Notes: generated by a model from the letters alone, not told the origin. A stretch of 64,000 bases of DNA from an uncultured Spirochaetota bacterium (GCA_963781885.1 CAWAHW010000004.1:64001-128000), one strand, 5' to 3'; numbered from the stretch's first letter, positions 36,919 through 47,992 are shown. A program made the numbers and translations.

Positions 36919-38850
36919 TTACGGCAGTTCAAGGCGGAATATCGCGACGGAATAGCCGGGGACGGAAAGGCCCGCGGCGTCCGTTGAAAAGGAGCTCTCG
37001 GTCACCGCCACATTCTGCGGCCCTCCGGGCACATTGGCGCTCATGGGATCGGGGCCAGTGAGGATCCACCGCGTGCCGTTTCGGGCGGGCACGGCGGGGT
37101 GGACATCGAAGAGGAGCCTGTCCGCGTCCTGCCCGGAGTTCACAACGGCGATGGTCAGGGCTTTGCCGTCCTCCGTCAGCGCCGCCGCAATGTCGAGCTT
37201 CCCTCCCGCACCCGTGACCGCGACGGGGACCGACCCGAAGCAGTGACGATAGAGCTTCAGCACCAGTCCCGTCGTGTCGAAGACGGCATCCGTGCGGGAC
37301 GTCTTGATGGCGCCGATGACGTTCACCGTCTGCGCGTAGTTCGCCATGAAGTAGATGTCGCTGTTCCTGAAGAAGGCGTGCAGTCCCCTGGCGATCCCCA
37401 GGGCATCTTTGAGGTGGTACTGCACCCCCAGCTCGCCGTAGACGTAGGGTCCATACCAGTAATTCCACTCATCCATTGCGATGCGGATGTTCGTGCCTTT
37501 GAGTGCGGGAATGGAGCCGCGGTAGGCACGGTGGGCAAGCGCAAGACGATCGATATCGTCCGCGAGCTGCCGGGAATGGGCGTCCACGTCCGCCAATTCC
37601 TTGTGGTAGATGTGCTCGCTGATCAGGTCCATGTGGTCCGCGCTCCCCGCGAGCATCCCCTCGTCCCATGCGCCGACTGACCCCACGGCAACGACATGTG
37701 CGGCGGGATCGACGCGCCGGATAGCGTCCACAACGTCGTTATGCTTCTTGACGTACGTGGCGAGTGGCATGTACCCCAGTTGCCACTGGCCGAACATCTC
37801 GTTGCCCACCGCCCACCAGGTGACCGGGAATGGATCCGGATGGCCGTTTGCCGCGCGAAGCTTCCCCATCGGGGTATCCGCCGATCCGACGCAGTATTCC
37901 ACTTCGTCGACCGCGTCCTTCACCGTCCCCAGTCCCGTGTTGAGGGAGACATAGGGCTCCGCCCCGATGATCGCCATCAGGTCCATGAACTCGTGGATGC
38001 CGACGTCATTCGGCTCGATGCCCTTCCAGGCAGGGTTCTGCCGCGGCGGACGCGTGTCCCGATCCCCGATGCCGTCCCGCCAATTGTATCCGCTTACGAA
38101 ATTTCCGCCTGGCCAACGATAGATGGGGGAGCCGAGCTCCTTCAGGAGCGCAACGACGTCACTTCTCCATCCGTCGATGTTGTCCGACGGCATGAGGGAA
38201 ACCGCGCCGATGCGGAAACTTCCTTTGCCTGTGCCGACGATCTCCATTCGCGCGCTGTCGCTCGCCCAGGGGGAAACGAACCGGAAAGGATAGGTCTCGT
38301 ACTGACGGCCGGGCGTGATGGAAGCAAGCTCCGCGGACGCTCCTGAATCTCCCACCATTCGAACAGTCACGGCAACGCCGGGGTCTGAAGCGAGCACGAT
38401 TCTTCCCGAATACCCCCTCCCGTTCACGAGGGCGAGCCCATCCTGCGAAATCCCTGCCACCGTTCCGCCGTTCGGCAGATGAACGGAAGGTGAATGGATT
38501 CCGGTAAAAGGCGCGTCGGTGTCCATGGAGACGGCTTTCGCCGGCCCGATGACCTTCCAGGGTGAAGCCCTGAGGTAGTCGTACGGTCCCGAGCCCCAGT
38601 TGGGGTCCGAGGTGGTACCCCAGGGGGCGTACCTGTCGTTGATGATGAAGAAGAACTTTCGGTCCTCGAGCATCTCTGCCCAAAGCCCTCCATAGACGCC
38701 GCGGCCTATGTGCTCGATGAACTGCCCGTAGACATACGGAGAGATCGGCGCGCCGGCGCGTCCCGTATCGATCGCGATCGTGCGGGGCGCACCCCAGCAT
38801 CCAAAGGAGACAAGCAGGAACCCGCCAACGATCGAAGCAGGCAGTTTCAT
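36919..38850 (-). CDS. GH51 alpha-L-arabinofuranosidase, exported, with an inserted CBM-like region
   Basis: Signal peptide, YGQFIEHIG, RWPGGNFVS, VGNEMFG, MDEWNYW, ANYAQTVN. Confidence 0.9.
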   Translation of the reverse strand: MKLPASIVGGFLLVSFGCWGAPRTIAIDTGRAGAPISPYVYGQFIEHIGRGVYGGLWAEMLEDRKFFFIINDRYAPWGTTSDPNWGSGPYDYLRASPWKVIGPAKAVSMDTDAPFTGIHSPSVHLPNGGTVAGISQDGLALVNGRGYSGRIVLASDPGVAVTVRMVGDSGASAELASITPGRQYETYPFRFVSPWASDSARMEIVGTGKGSFRIGAVSLMPSDNIDGWRSDVVALLKELGSPIYRWPGGNFVSGYNWRDGIGDRDTRPPRQNPAWKGIEPNDVGIHEFMDLMAIIGAEPYVSLNTGLGTVKDAVDEVEYCVGSADTPMGKLRAANGHPDPFPVTWWAVGNEMFGQWQLGYMPLATYVKKHNDVVDAIRRVDPAAHVVAVGSVGAWDEGMLAGSADHMDLISEHIYHKELADVDAHSRQLADDIDRLALAHRAYRGSIPALKGTNIRIAMDEWNYWYGPYVYGELGVQYHLKDALGIARGLHAFFRNSDIYFMANYAQTVNVIGAIKTSRTDAVFDTTGLVLKLYRHCFGSVPVAVTGAGGKLDIAAALTEDGKALTIAVVNSGQDADRLLFDVHPAVPARNGTRWILTGPDPMSANVPGGPQNVAVTESSFSTDAAGLSVPGYSVAIFRLELP

Positions 38851-38926
38851 ATATCTTCTCCCGAACGCGCTGGATTGTCGATGACACCGTCCGCCTCCGC
38901 GACCGCGCCCGACGCGGAGGGCTGCC

Positions 38927-39748
38927 TCATTTTATCAACCCCGTCAATTGTGGGGCGAGGAATCTCTGCAGGGTGAGGAACATGACGAGCAAAGGCAGAG
39001 CCGTCAGGAAGGCGCCCATGAGGGTGAGATTGTAAACCGGAAACCCGGAAGAGGAACTGATTGTCGTTATCCCCAGTATCAGGGGGAATGCTTCATGAGT
39101 GTTCAACATGATGAGCGCAAGGAAATAGTTGTTCCAGATGGCAACAAATGAAAGGAGAAGGATGGTTGTGGCACCCGGCAGGATGGTGGGAAGACCGATC
39201 CGCAGGAAGATGGTCGCTTCCCTCGTTCCGTCCATCATGGCCGCATCGAACATCTCTTCGGGAACCTGGTTCCAATACACGACCATGAGGTAGACGCCGA
39301 ATATGTTCATCGCGGAGGGAACGATGATGGCCCACGCCGTGTTCAGGAAATGGAAGTTCTTGAACTCGATGAAGAGCGGAAGCGTCGTGGCGAATCCGGG
39401 GACCAGCGCGAATCCAAGGATGAGGATGAAGAGGATCTTGCGGCCGAAGAAGCGGTACCGCCTGAACGCGAATCCCGCCATGGCCGCGGCGAAGGTGCCC
39501 ACGAGCGAGCCAGAAACGGAATAGAGGAAGGAGTTGATCAGCCAGTGGACGAACACGCCATGGTTGTATGAGAAAACGCCAATGAGATTATCAATGAAAT
39601 GGTTGGGAAATCCGGGCGCAAATGTGCCCTCCATGAGCTGCCCGATGTCCTTTGTCGAGCTCTGGACGAGCCAATAGAAGGGAAGGAGAAAAAAAAGTGA
39701 AAGGAGTATCGTGATGATTTCGAACCGGGGGCGATAGGACGCTTTCAT
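38927..39748 (-). CDS. Carbohydrate ABC permease
   Basis: DAAMMDGT, FVAIWNNY, multiple TM segments. Confidence 0.9.
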   Translation of the reverse strand: MKASYRPRFEIITILLSLFFLLPFYWLVQSSTKDIGQLMEGTFAPGFPNHFIDNLIGVFSYNHGVFVHWLINSFLYSVSGSLVGTFAAAMAGFAFRRYRFFGRKILFILILGFALVPGFATTLPLFIEFKNFHFLNTAWAIIVPSAMNIFGVYLMVVYWNQVPEEMFDAAMMDGTREATIFLRIGLPTILPGATTILLLSFVAIWNNYFLALIMLNTHEAFPLILGITTISSSSGFPVYNLTLMGAFLTALPLLVMFLTLQRFLAPQLTGLIK

Positions 39749-39781
39749 GTCCGCCGCCTTTCTTCCTCGAAGGGTTGGATT

Positions 39782-40645
39782 TCACGCATGGACGTCCAGT
39801 TCCTTCATGGATTGCCTCATGAAAAAGAATGAGACGACGAATGTGACCGCGGCCAGAACGAGGCACATCGCGATCGAATAGGTGAAAGCGCCGTAGGCAA
39901 ACGCCTGGTTGTAGATGTACATCGCAGGCGAGAAGTTCTGGGGAAGGGGCATGAGGATGTTGATCATCCGGGGTTCATTGAAGACCTGCATGGCGCCGAT
40001 CGAATTGAAGATGAAAAGCACGAAGACCGAGTTCTTGAGAAGCGGCACCTTGATGTAGTACGCCACCTTCAGCCAGGTTGCCCCGTCAATCTCCGCCGCC
40101 TCGGCATACTCCTTGGGAAGGGAGACCAGCGTGGAATAGATGATGAGCGAGGTGAATCCCGTCCATTCCCAGAGGATGATGATGAGAAGGATCCAGCGCA
40201 CGCTCGAGAGGGTGATGAAATTCGGGTTGGTCGCACCGAACAGCTTCCATACTGCCACAAGGGGGGACATGGATTTGGAGAACATGTAGGACCAGAGGAT
40301 CCCGGCCACGACTCCGGGCACCGCATAGGGAAGGTAGAAGATGAGCCGGTACACCGCGGAGTGCCTGACCCTCTCGTACAGAAGCCCGATGAAGATCGCG
40401 ATCACGATCATGCCGGGGACCTGGACGAGGAGCAGAAAAAGAGGAAAAACGAACGATTTCCAGAACAAAGGGTCCGTGATGACGGAAATGTAATTGCTCA
40501 ACCCCACGAACCACATTCTCGGCCCGTGCTGTCCGAACAGGGACAGGTATCCGCCATAGAGGACGGGATATGCGGTCACCATGATGAAAAACGCCAGAAA
40601 GGGGGAGAGAAACAGCAATGCCCTGAACGCTTGACCCCGCCTCAT
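39782..40645 (-). CDS. Carbohydrate ABC permease
   Basis: FVGLSNY, YLPYAVPGV, WEWTG, EAAEIDGA, QVFNEP. Confidence 0.9.
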   Translation of the reverse strand: MRRGQAFRALLFLSPFLAFFIMVTAYPVLYGGYLSLFGQHGPRMWFVGLSNYISVITDPLFWKSFVFPLFLLLVQVPGMIVIAIFIGLLYERVRHSAVYRLIFYLPYAVPGVVAGILWSYMFSKSMSPLVAVWKLFGATNPNFITLSSVRWILLIIILWEWTGFTSLIIYSTLVSLPKEYAEAAEIDGATWLKVAYYIKVPLLKNSVFVLFIFNSIGAMQVFNEPRMINILMPLPQNFSPAMYIYNQAFAYGAFTYSIAMCLVLAAVTFVVSFFFMRQSMKELDVHA

Positions 40646-40734
40646 ATCCGTCTTTCCATTCCTTCGCCAGAATATCGCAGGGGTATCATATAACCCCGCT
40701 GTATCGTATCAAAGCGGACATTCATACCAGCGGC

Positions 40735-40775
40735 AGAAAGAGGGCTGCCTCAGGGGTTTCGCCCCGGGGCAGCCC
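40735..40775 (-). terminator. Intercistronic hairpin/terminator after the SBP gene
   Basis: GGGCTGCCCCGGGG-CGAAA-CCCCTGAGGCAGCCC followed by TCTTTCT on the minus strand. Confidence 0.65.
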
Positions 40776-40820
40776 GACGATTGCAGTGACGATCCGACCG
40801 TGCGATTCAGCTCTGCTTCC

Positions 40821-42147
40821 TTAGGGCAATTTCCCCACAACGACGTTGCTGAACCCCTGCTTCTTCATGAAGGCGACGACGTTGGCCTCCCAGTTCGTCA
40901 GGAAGGTGGCGGCGTCTTCCTGTCCATTGACGAACTTCAAGTTCTCCTGGTCATGACTTGATGAGAACGAAGTCCATGATCGGGAGCGCCGTGAATGCGG
41001 TATTGACCTGACCCATGCCCTGGACGCTGACGGGCGTGATTGCCTGCCCGCCGAAATACGGATACGGCTGCTGGGCCAGATCCGGCGCCAGCTCATTCTT
41101 GAATACGGACGACCAGAGGATGGGAAGCTGGCTCTTGTCATGGAGCTGCACGAGCGATTCCTTCGCCGAGTTCAGCCAGAGGACGAAGAGCGCTGCGGCT
41201 TCTGGATTCTTGCTCTGATTGCTCACGTAGAAACCGGATCCCCCCATCTCGCCGTTCGTGGGATTTGCGGCGTCCCACTGCGGTGTCAGGGCGACTCTCC
41301 AGGTTCCGTCCGGGGTCTTGCAGTTCAACTGAAGCCATTCCGGGTACCACCCGCCGCACACGACGGTGGCATCTTTGCCGTCGGCAAGCCCCTTGTACCA
41401 GTCCGCGTTCCACCACGATTCGGCCGTGACTGACTTGTCCTTGAAGAGTTTTTGCCAGTACTGGAATACCTTCAAGGCGGTCGGGTTGGTGAAATTGATA
41501 TACCATACCCCGTTCGAGTAATCGAACATCTTCCCGCCGGCCTGCCATACCAATCCCATCGTCACGAGCACGAAATTCGACGGATAGGAGATCATCGAAA
41601 TGCCGGGATTTGCGGCGTGCAGCTTTGCGGCCTGCGTGGCGAACTCCGCCCACGTCTTGGGCACGGTCAATTTGTACTTGTCGAAGATATCCTTCCTGTA
41701 GACCATGGTGCTCGCGCCGCTGTCCTGGGGCGTCCCGTAGATCTGCCCATCCATGGCGGTCCATTTCAGCGTGACATCGGGATAATATTTCAGGTAGGTA
41801 CTGAGTGATACCCACTTGTTGATCGGCTGGAAGCTCCCATACGACATGAACTGAGGCGCGTAGGTGTATTCGGACATGATCACGTCAGGAAGCCCGCTCC
41901 CGGCTGCCGTTGCAGTCAAGACTTGGGCATAGGGGACGCCATTGTTCGTCCAGTTGATCTTGATGTCCGGATATGCCTTTGTGAAAAGATCGTTGGAGAA
42001 GTTCTCGTTACTGGTCCAGGCCCACTCTGACAATTCCACTGGCGCCCCGGTATACGCCGGATATCCGCCCGGACCTGGGGCGGCAAGCAGTGGCATTGCC
42101 ATGAGCACGAAAATGGAAACGACACCAATGATCCAAATACGTTTCAT
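40821..42147 (-). CDS. Carbohydrate ABC substrate-binding protein (frameshift about 40965)
   Basis: Signal peptide after SD AGGAGG, AYPDIKI, AGSGLPDV, YRKDIF..VPKTW. The C-terminus (HDQENLKF..FMKKQGF) is in another frame. Confidence 0.88.
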
Positions 42148-42337
42148 AAGACACCTCCTCCTGCACATTTGGTTGTCCCAGATAGCTTCGGCCAAGAGAA
42201 CCTGCTCATCTCAATACCGTTCTGAAATTATGGATTCGTACCAACCCTTACAAAGACACACCAAGCGTTTCGTTCACCTCCTTTCTCTCTGCCCGAGTTG
42301 CGGGCCGATTTTCCATAATTCCCTGGTTGAATGCCTC

Positions 42338-42409
42338 AGAATAGACTTGAGAATAGCTTCTGTCAAGAAATATCGCAGTATATCGGGAGTGTATCAATAT
42401 CTTTGATAC
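42338..42409 (-). promoter_or_regulatory. Sigma70 promoter plus upstream palindrome for the arabinan operon
   Basis: TTGACA (42366-42361)-17 bp-TATTCT (42343-42338). Palindrome GTATCAA-N5-TTGATAC at 42391-42409. Confidence 0.7.
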
Positions 42410-42470
42410 CAATTGTCCCTTAAAGGCAGCAAGCTGATGCCCGCCCGCACCTCAAGGGCCCGCAGAGGCT

Positions 42471-43409
42471 CTACAGGTACATCCGCAAAACAATGTCCTG
42501 GTCGTAATTGCCGAATCCGCGGCCGAAAATGTTGAGCCCTCCCACGTGCTCTGCGTTTTCCTTGATGCCAAATTTTACTTTGACGGAATGATGTTCCGCG
42601 AGCTTCAGGTCCGCAATAGTAACGGGCGAGACGGGAACGCCGTCAATATATGACCCCTCCTCCGTCACCGACCATACCTTGTTGAGGCCATACTGTGACC
42701 CCTCGAGTTTCCACCAGCCGGGCGTGTACGTACCGCGCTTGTCGCCGAAGTCCCCCGGGGAGATCCAGGTGCCCACCTCCACGCCATTTACCCACATCGT
42801 GATATCGGACCTCCACTGGGGATTTGTCCCCGGAGTTTCCGAGGAAAGCTCCGCGATGACCTCCAGGTGCCTCACCGGCTTTTGCTGGTAGAGTGAATTG
42901 TTGGGAAACTGGTAGACAACGTAGCCCTTCTCGAACCAGAGCAGGCCGGCTTTTACCCGCTCGGGCTCCAGAAACGAGGCTGGCGTGTCCAGAAAGCCTA
43001 TGATTTTTTCGGTCGAGCACATCCCGCAGGGAGGGGAGACGGAGTATTCGATGAACAGACCGATCGGCATTTCGACCTCTATCGCATCGTTGACCTCGGT
43101 TGCGGGCTCGGAGAAATTGATGACGAACTCGCTGTAGAGCGCGGCGCAGATCTTCTGCGTCCCTTTTGCGGCCTTGATACTGCGCGTCTCGATAAGCTTG
43201 GCTTTTTCGAGAATCATGATGTTCGTGGCGACGGTGGACTGCGGGAGTCCCGTCGCGTCACTGAGCTCGTTGACGTTCTTCTCACCCTTTCGGAGTATCT
43301 CCAGGATCATGATTCGGACGCTGGAAGCCAGCCCTTTAAGAACTGCAAAATCTCGCGGAAGCTGGACGATCAGAATGCGACCTTGCCTTTTATTGGCATT
43401 GAACTTCAT
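42471..43409 (-). CDS. ArsR-HTH transcriptional regulator, long form often linked to arabinan genes
   Basis: LASSVRIMIL..NVNELS..PQSTVATNI, EMPIG, PPCGMC, ELSSETPG, SPGDFG..RG..TPGWW..SQYG, GGLNIFGRGFGNY. Confidence 0.85.
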   Translation of the reverse strand: MKFNANKRQGRILIVQLPRDFAVLKGLASSVRIMILEILRKGEKNVNELSDATGLPQSTVATNIMILEKAKLIETRSIKAAKGTQKICAALYSEFVINFSEPATEVNDAIEVEMPIGLFIEYSVSPPCGMCSTEKIIGFLDTPASFLEPERVKAGLLWFEKGYVVYQFPNNSLYQQKPVRHLEVIAELSSETPGTNPQWRSDITMWVNGVEVGTWISPGDFGDKRGTYTPGWWKLEGSQYGLNKVWSVTEEGSYIDGVPVSPVTIADLKLAEHHSVKVKFGIKENAEHVGGLNIFGRGFGNYDQDIVLRMYL

Positions 43410-43655
43410 GTAACGGTTCTTCCTTTCACGTACTTTATCTATGTATATCATCTTACATGATTTAATCAATAACTTGTGCATGTTATTTGCGTCAGGGCAT
43501 CGAATTTCGGCAAATAACATGCTGATTTCTCAAAACTGAATGTAAATGAATCAAAGAGGCTAATACAGATTTGAAATTTATGGAGCAAATGCTTCCAGGG
43601 GGCAACCCCGCCTGAGATTCACAGCAGCGAGAGGACGGTAAGATGCCCGCCGCGA

Positions 43656-44417
43656 TCACAGCGGCGCGACGGTGAGGGCGAGTCCTGCCTGCGCGAATGA
43701 TTCGATGAAGTCACGGGGCACGTTTGAGTCCGTAATCACCCGGCTCACACGAGAGAGAGGGGCAATGAGCGCCGGCGCGGTCTTTCCGATCTTGCTGTGA
43801 TCTGCGACCACCCATACCTCCCTGGCGTGATCGATGTAGAGAGCCGCCGCGTGCGCCTCGGCAGCCGTAAATGTGGACAGGCCGTGCGTAAAGTCAAGGC
43901 CGTCGACGCCGATCAGGGCGACGTCGAGATGGAAGTCCTGGATGGTCCTTTCCGCGATATGCCCCACGAGCTCGTAGGAGCGTGGACGCAGGGTGCCGCC
44001 GGTGACAATGACCTCAATCGATTCGGCGGCTGCCAGCTCCATGGCGATATTGATGGCGTTGGTAACCACGGTGACCCTCTTCTCCTTGAGCGCCTTGATC
44101 ACCTGCGCGATCGTGGTCCCTCCCGTGCAGCCAATCACCTGGCCGTCTTTAAGCAGGGAAGCGGTGAGCACGGCGATCGCCCTTTTCTCCTGGAGATAGG
44201 CGGTGAGCTTCGACTGGAATGGAAGCTCATCCCGAGAATCATTGGTCGTTGCCCCGCCATGGGTGCGACGCAGCATCCCCCTGCCCTGCATGGCATCGAG
44301 GTCCCGCCGAATCGTTGCCCGGGAGGTCTTGAGTAGAGCCGCCAGCTCATCGCCGTCGACGCTCCCTTTTCGAGCCAGCTCGCTCCTGATCCGTTCGAAG
44401 CGTTCTTCCTTGATCAA
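43656..44417 (-). CDS. DeoR/AgaR family transcriptional regulator
   Basis: SRATIRRDL, RRTHGGA, TGGTT, VVTNAINIA, VADHSKIG. Start uncertain (TTG 44417). Confidence 0.9.
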   Translation of the reverse strand: MIKEERFERIRSELARKGSVDGDELAALLKTSRATIRRDLDAMQGRGMLRRTHGGATTNDSRDELPFQSKLTAYLQEKRAIAVLTASLLKDGQVIGCTGGTTIAQVIKALKEKRVTVVTNAINIAMELAAAESIEVIVTGGTLRPRSYELVGHIAERTIQDFHLDVALIGVDGLDFTHGLSTFTAAEAHAAALYIDHAREVWVVADHSKIGKTAPALIAPLSRVSRVITDSNVPRDFIESFAQAGLALTVAPL

Positions 44418-44530
44418 TGTCGCCTGTCCATTTCTTCGCTCGATAATACCCGAAACGGTCACTTATGTGAAGGGCATGTTCAAATGAGCGATTTAAAATA
44501 TAAAAACGATCAAAATCGTACAAGTAAATG

Positions 44531-44560
44531 TTGACATTTGATTGATTAGTGTAGTAGTCT
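44531..44560 (+). promoter_or_regulatory. Sigma70 promoter of the agaS-like operon
   Basis: TTGACA-18 bp-TAGTCT in an AT-rich divergent region. Confidence 0.55.
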
Positions 44561-44566
44561 GTGGCG

Positions 44567-45766
44567 ATGGCAACGACAACGAATGCTTTACAAAACCTCC
44601 TAGATTGCCCCGCCGCTGAGCGGGAGTCCCGCGGCTATGGAAACACCGCAACGGAAATCGCCAGCCAGCCCGCCGTGTGGCGAAAGACAATGAAGGTCGT
44701 GGTGAGCGCCCTCCCCGCCCTCGCTGCCTTCTGCGCAAAGTCCCCTCGGCTCCTGGTCACCGGGGCGGGCAGCTCCTACTATGCGGCGCTCAGCATCGTT
44801 CCTCTTCTTCGGCGCTCCTATGGATGTGTCGAGGCCATCCCGTCCACGGAGATCCTCATGGACCCGGATTCGTCATTCCCCGAGGGAGAGTTCATCCTCG
44901 TCTCCCTTGCGCGTTCGGGCAATAGCCCCGAAGGCAACGCCGTCTTCGAGCTTGCAGAGAAGCTCCGGCCGGGACTTGTCAGGCAACTGGTCATCACGTG
45001 CAACAAGGACGGAGAGCTCGCCCATCTGGCGGATTCCCGCAACTCGCGGGGCTTCAAGCTGCTCCTACCGGAGGAAACCAACGACAAGAGTCTCGCAATG
45101 ACCGCATCGTTCAGCTCTTTGACGATCGCCGGCTACGCGCTGGGGTATCTCCGGTCGCCTGAGAAGTATCGTGACGCGGTTGAAGGCCTGTCACGGGGGG
45201 CGGAATCTCTCCTTTCAACAGGGTCCACCCTGGCGAGCGATCTTGCGCACGAAGGGTTCGGCCGCATGTTCTTCCTCGGTTCCCGCCCCTTCCTGGGAGG
45301 AGTGATGGAAGCGCAACTGAAGGTGCAGGAGCTGAGCGGTGGATCCGTCATTGCGAAAGCGGAGGATACCCTCGGTTTCAGGCACGGGTTCATGGCCGCG
45401 GTGGATGCGAACAGCCTGATCGTCCTTGCATTGTCGCAGGATCGCTGCCGGCGCCTCTATGAGATGGACCTCCTTGCAGAGATACGCCAGAAAGGCCTCG
45501 GCAGAAAGTGCGTGGCCGTGACGGGAGGAGGAAACGCGTCTGACCTACGGGAGGTCGCCGCGCTCACGGACGCGCATTTCGACTACGGTCGTGCTCCTTC
45601 CGTGACGGACCAGGTCCAGGCACCGCTGGTCGCGATGACCGGACAACTTCTGGGTGTCTTTCTTTCCTTGAACGCCGGGCTTCGGCCAGACAACCCCTCG
45701 CCTTCCGGCGTCATCAACAGGGTGGTCCAGGGAGTCCGCATCCATCCACGTGAGGCCTGCTCGTGA
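44567..45766 (+). CDS. agaS: SIS-domain sugar-phosphate isomerase/deaminase, AgaS-like
   Basis: TATEIASQP, TGAGSS, SLARSGNSPE, ITCNKDG, AMTASFS, LKVQEL, LGFRHG, PDNPSPSGVINRVVQGV. Confidence 0.8.
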   Translation: MATTTNALQNLLDCPAAERESRGYGNTATEIASQPAVWRKTMKVVVSALPALAAFCAKSPRLLVTGAGSSYYAALSIVPLLRRSYGCVEAIPSTEILMDPDSSFPEGEFILVSLARSGNSPEGNAVFELAEKLRPGLVRQLVITCNKDGELAHLADSRNSRGFKLLLPEETNDKSLAMTASFSSLTIAGYALGYLRSPEKYRDAVEGLSRGAESLLSTGSTLASDLAHEGFGRMFFLGSRPFLGGVMEAQLKVQELSGGSVIAKAEDTLGFRHGFMAAVDANSLIVLALSQDRCRRLYEMDLLAEIRQKGLGRKCVAVTGGGNASDLREVAALTDAHFDYGRAPSVTDQVQAPLVAMTGQLLGVFLSLNAGLRPDNPSPSGVINRVVQGVRIHPREACS

Positions 45767-45785
45767 CGGAAGCGGAGGTCCCTGC

Positions 45786-46685
45786 ATGAAGCTCCTCGTT
45801 GCCGGCGATGCGAACATCGATTTCCAGATGACGGGGCTCGCCTCCCTTCCCCAGACGGACAAGGAGGTGATGTGCAGCGAGTTCACCGCCTCGATCGGTG
45901 GGTCTTCGACGATCTGCGCCGCAGCCTACTCATGCCTCGGAGGGCACGCAGAGTTCTGCGGCCTCATGGGGGACGATGAGAACGGCAGGCTCACCGAACG
46001 GATGTTGCGTCGGGCGGGCGTGGGGCTCGATCTGCTGCGATTCACGAGCGACTGCGCCACCGGCGTGACGGTGAACCTCGTATTCGCCTCCACGAGGACG
46101 CAGATCACGTATCCCGGCACGCTCTCCATTGTCGATGAGAGCGGCACCCTGCTGCGGGAGGTCGGGCGGTGCGGGCATCTTCACCTGGGAGGCCTGTATC
46201 CGCTCGCAGCGTTTCTTCCCCGGGTCACCGAAGTCCTTGCGGCCGCGCGCGCTGCCGGTGTCACGACATCGCTCGCCACGCAGTGGGACCCCCGGCAGGA
46301 ATGGAAGCATCTCGAAGACTGGCTGCCTCTCCTCAGCTACCTGTTCGTGAATGCGGATGAGGCCCTTTCGATCACGCGACGCACAAAAATCGATGACGCC
46401 TGGAAGGATCTGGCTGGCCGTACGGCGTGCCCTTTGATCACTCTTGGCGCTTCGGGGGCGTTCGCGATCGGCCGCCGCATCCCTGGCTTTTCCGTGCCCG
46501 TCAGGGACACGACGGGTGCAGGCGACAGCTTCGCCGCTGGTTTCCTTTTTGCGATCAAGGAAAGGCTCCTGCCGCCGGAGGATGCCATCCGGTATGCCTG
46601 CGCGGCGGGGGCGCTCTGCTGCACCTATACGGGCGGAGTGAGCGCGGAGCTCAGCCACGCACGCGTGGTGGAGCTCCTTCCATGA
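45786..46685 (+). CDS. PfkB family carbohydrate kinase
   Basis: GDANID, GGSS, GDDENG, NADEA, DTTGAGDSFAAG. Confidence 0.92.
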   Translation: MKLLVAGDANIDFQMTGLASLPQTDKEVMCSEFTASIGGSSTICAAAYSCLGGHAEFCGLMGDDENGRLTERMLRRAGVGLDLLRFTSDCATGVTVNLVFASTRTQITYPGTLSIVDESGTLLREVGRCGHLHLGGLYPLAAFLPRVTEVLAAARAAGVTTSLATQWDPRQEWKHLEDWLPLLSYLFVNADEALSITRRTKIDDAWKDLAGRTACPLITLGASGAFAIGRRIPGFSVPVRDTTGAGDSFAAGFLFAIKERLLPPEDAIRYACAAGALCCTYTGGVSAELSHARVVELLP

Positions 46686-46742
46686 GGACGTTCGGCGCTT
46701 GAGCGCGACGTATAGCTCGATTTTCGTGCGAAGGAGGGTTGT

Positions 46743-47992
46743 ATGAAGCACCGTTTCCTGTTTTTCATGGTCTTCCTGCTTGCCTGCGCATCGTTGTTCG
46801 CGCAGGAATCCATCACCGTCATCTTCCCCAAGCATGAGGCGGACCTGACGGGCGCTTTCGCTTCGAGGGTGAAGGAGTTCGAAGCGAGCTCAAAGATAAC
46901 GGTCAACCTGATCCAGATGGGGTGGGATGACGTCAACAACAAGCTGACCGCCGAAATGGCCAGCGGCGGCAGCGCGTACGACGTCGTCGAGTTCGACAAC
47001 GGCAACGTGGCAGCCTGGCTTGGCGCCGGATGGGTGGAGCCGCTGGATAGCTACATGCCGAAGGGCTACACCAACGGCATGATCCCCGGGCTCGTGGATC
47101 TATTCACCGGGGGGACGGGAAGCTGTACGGGATCGTCTGGAACAACGATACACGCTTCTTTTTCTACAACGCCAGCATGCTGAAGAAGGCCGGCATCGCG
47201 AACCCGCCGCGTACGTGGGACGAGCTCATTTCCCAGAGCAAAACGCTCATGAGCAAGGGCATCGCCAAGTACGGAATGGCGGGCTTCTGGAAGGCCGAGT
47301 GGGCGCTCGCGAACGACTTCCATTTCTTCGCGTACACCTACGGCGGCAAGATCGCCGACAAGCAGGGCAACATCCTCTTCAACACCGACCCGAACACCCT
47401 GGCCGCGGCGCAGGAGATGGTGAAGATGCTCAAGGAGGGGGTGGTGGACCCCGCTTCCCTCACTTACGACCAGGAAGCGGTCAACAATATCTTCCTCAAG
47501 GGCGATGTCGCATTCCTCAGCCAGGGCATACCGGGGATCATGTCCTACGCGCAGGACCCGGCCCGTTCCAACGTGATCGGCCAGGTCAAGGTCGGCCTCG
47601 TGCCGGGCGGCAAGGTGGGAACGAGCGCGGCGCTCACCCTCCCCGAGGCGTACGCCATCCCCAAGGGCTCGACGAACAAGGCCAATGCCTGGAAGTTCAT
47701 CGAGTACATGACCAGCAAGGAGACGAACAAGAAGCTGGCGCAGGAGATCGGCATCCTGCCCATCTGGAGCGCCCTGTATACCGACCCCGATCTGGTGAAG
47801 CTCTACCCCTACTGGGCGGATTTCTCCAGGCAGATGGCCAGCGCCAAGGGCCTGGCCGTGCTGACGTGGTACAATAACTTCGTGGACGTCTGCATTCCCG
47901 AGACGCAGAAGATGCTTTCCGGGAAGCTCGCGCCGAAGGATGCCTTGAACGAAATGGCGGGTCTGCTCAAGGATTACGCGGGCAAGCCGTAG
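46743..47992 (+). CDS. Carbohydrate ABC substrate-binding protein (frameshift in the G-run about 47110)
   Basis: Signal peptide, SGGSAYDVV; continues as DGKLYGIVW..FFYNASML..PPRTWDEL in a shifted frame. Confidence 0.87.
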
